From Malacoraja senta (taxonomy: Eukaryota), in NCBI GenBank assembly GCA_038087875.1, contig CM075998.1, positions 2,914,001 to 2,978,000 on the forward strand: DNA of 64,000 nucleotides. The letters run 5' to 3'. The notes under the pieces are model-generated. The model searched no databases, was not told the DNA's origin, and saw only the letters and a list, made by a program, of their open reading frames with translations. Made by a program: the position numbers and the translations under genes. The number at the start of each line of letters is the position of its first letter. Position 1 is the stretch's first letter. Positions 62,286 to 64,000 of the stretch are shown here, piece after piece.

Positions 62286-63924
62286 GACCCTAACATGATA
62301 AGTTTTAATCTGCAATTTGAGAGGGAGAAGGTTAAATCAGAAGTGTCAGTTTGCAGTTGAACAAAGGGGACTATGAAGGCATGAGAGAGGAGCTGACCAA
62401 GGTCGACTGGAAAAGGATCCCAGCAGGAATGACGGTGGAACAGCAATGGCAGGAATTTCTGGGCATAATCCAGAAGATGCAGGATCGTTTCATTCCAAAG
62501 AGGAAGAAAGATTCTAAGGGGAGTAAGAGGCAATCATGGTTGACAAGGGAAGTTAGGGATGGAATAAAACTAAAAGAAAAGGTATATAACACAGCAAAGA
62601 GTAGCGGGAAGCCAGAGGATTGAGAAACTTTCAAAGGACAACAGAAGGCATCAAAAAGGGCAATAAGGGGTGAAAAGACGAAGTACGGCGGTAAGCTGGC
62701 CAAGAATATAAAGAAGGATAGTAAAAGCTTCTTTAGGTATGTTAAGAGAAAAAGATTAGTAAAGGCAAATGTGGGCCCCTTGAAGGCAGAAACAGGTGAA
62801 ATTATTATGGGAAACAAGGAAATGGCAGAAGAGTTTAACAGGTACTTTGGTTCTGTTTTCATTAAGGAAGACAAACAATCTCCCAGATGTACTGGAGGAC
62901 AGATGATCTCGGGAGACAGAGGAACTGAAAGAAATTTGCATTAGGCGAGAAATAGTATTGGATTGACTGATGGGACTGAAGGTTGATAAATCCTCAGGGC
63001 TTGATGGTCTGCATCCCAGGGTACTCAAGGAGGTGGCCCTAGAAATATTAATGATTTAGATAATGGGATTAAAAGTAACACTAGCAAATTTGCAGATGAC
63101 ACTAAGCTGGGTGACAGTGTGAACTATGAAGAGGATGCTAGGAGGTTGCGGGGTGACTTGGACAGGTTGAGTGAGTGGGCAGATGCATGGCAGCTGCAGT
63201 ATAATGTAGATAAATGTGAGGTTATCCACTTTGGCGGCAAGAACAAGGAGGCAGATTATTATCTCAATGGTGTCAGATTAGGAAAAAGGGAAGTGCAACG
63301 AGACCTGGGTGTCCTTGTACACCAGTCACTGAAAGTAAACATGCAGGTACAGCGGGCAGTGAAGAAAGCTAATGGTATGTGGACCTTCATAACGAGAGGA
63401 TTTGAGTATAGGAGTAAAGAAGTCCTTCTGCAGTTGTACAGGGACCTGGTGAGACCACATCTGGAGTATTGTGTGCAGTTTTGGTCTCCTAATAGGATTG
63501 GGCTTGTATTCACTGGAATTTCGAAGGATGAGAGGGGATCTTATAGAAACATATGCAATTATAAATGGACTGGACAAGCTAGATGCAGGAAAAATGTTCC
63601 CAATGTTGGGGGAGTCCAGAACCAGGGGCCACAGTCCAAGAATAAAGGGGAGGCCATTTAAAATTGAGATGATAAAAAACGTTTTCACCCAGAGTTGTGA
63701 ATTTATGGAATTCTCTGCCACAGAAGGCAGTGGAGGCCAATTCACTGGATGAATTTAAAAGAGAGTTAGATAGAGCTCTAGGGGCTAGCAGAATCAAGGG
63801 ATATGGGGAGAAGGCAGGCAGGGGTTACTGATTGTGGATGATCAGTCATGGTCACAATGAATGGCGGTGCTGTCTCGAAGGGCCAAATGACCTCCTCCTG
63901 TACCTATTTTCTATGTTTCTATGT
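62286..63924 (+). mobile_element. CR1 LINE ORF2 fragment with internal deletions and intact 3' end
   Basis: RT motifs INDLD..SKFADDTKLG, NVDKCEVIHFG, LVRPHLEYCVQFWSP, RGDLIETY; in-frame stops; (ttctatgt)n tail. Confidence 0.92.
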
Positions 63925-64000
63925 AATTAGCCATGAAGATCATTCTTTTGTCAAGATGATTTCATTTCCCAAATCCTTAAAAAGGACAAAAGTAAATGGT

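Overview
Vertebrate genomic DNA from a cartilaginous fish, most likely a skate or ray, judged from HE1/V-SINE, DeuSINE, CR1/HER1 and Penelope-type repeats. The window holds the 5' part of the H3K4 methyltransferase gene KMT2D (MLL4) on the minus strand. I reconstructed 33 consecutive coding exons by hand, from the ATG at 61475 down to 1122. They total 7325 nt (about 2441 aa), all have GT-AG boundaries and the phases are consistent. They encode ePHD1, PHD2-3, an extra PHD finger, the PHD4-6 cluster, an HMG-like box, a Pro/Ser/Gln-rich region and an LxxLL motif. The gene continues below position 1 and the FYR/SET domains are outside the window. The promoter/non-coding first exon is probably beyond 64000. 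Introns carry a near full-length IR/DR Tc1 transposon and its mini-derivative, TTAA MITEs, SINEs, CR1/Rex/Penelope fragments and a 30-bp minisatellite. The best second-look items are: an intact KMT2C-like fourth PHD finger that human KMT2D lacks, a frame-preserving 48-nt candidate microexon in a 9-kb intron, TSD-flanked Penelope-derived inverted elements with minimal hammerhead-ribozyme motifs, and inverted SINEs bracketing exons 24-31. There are no prokaryotic systems or CRISPR arrays. Human comparisons are from recall and need checking by alignment.
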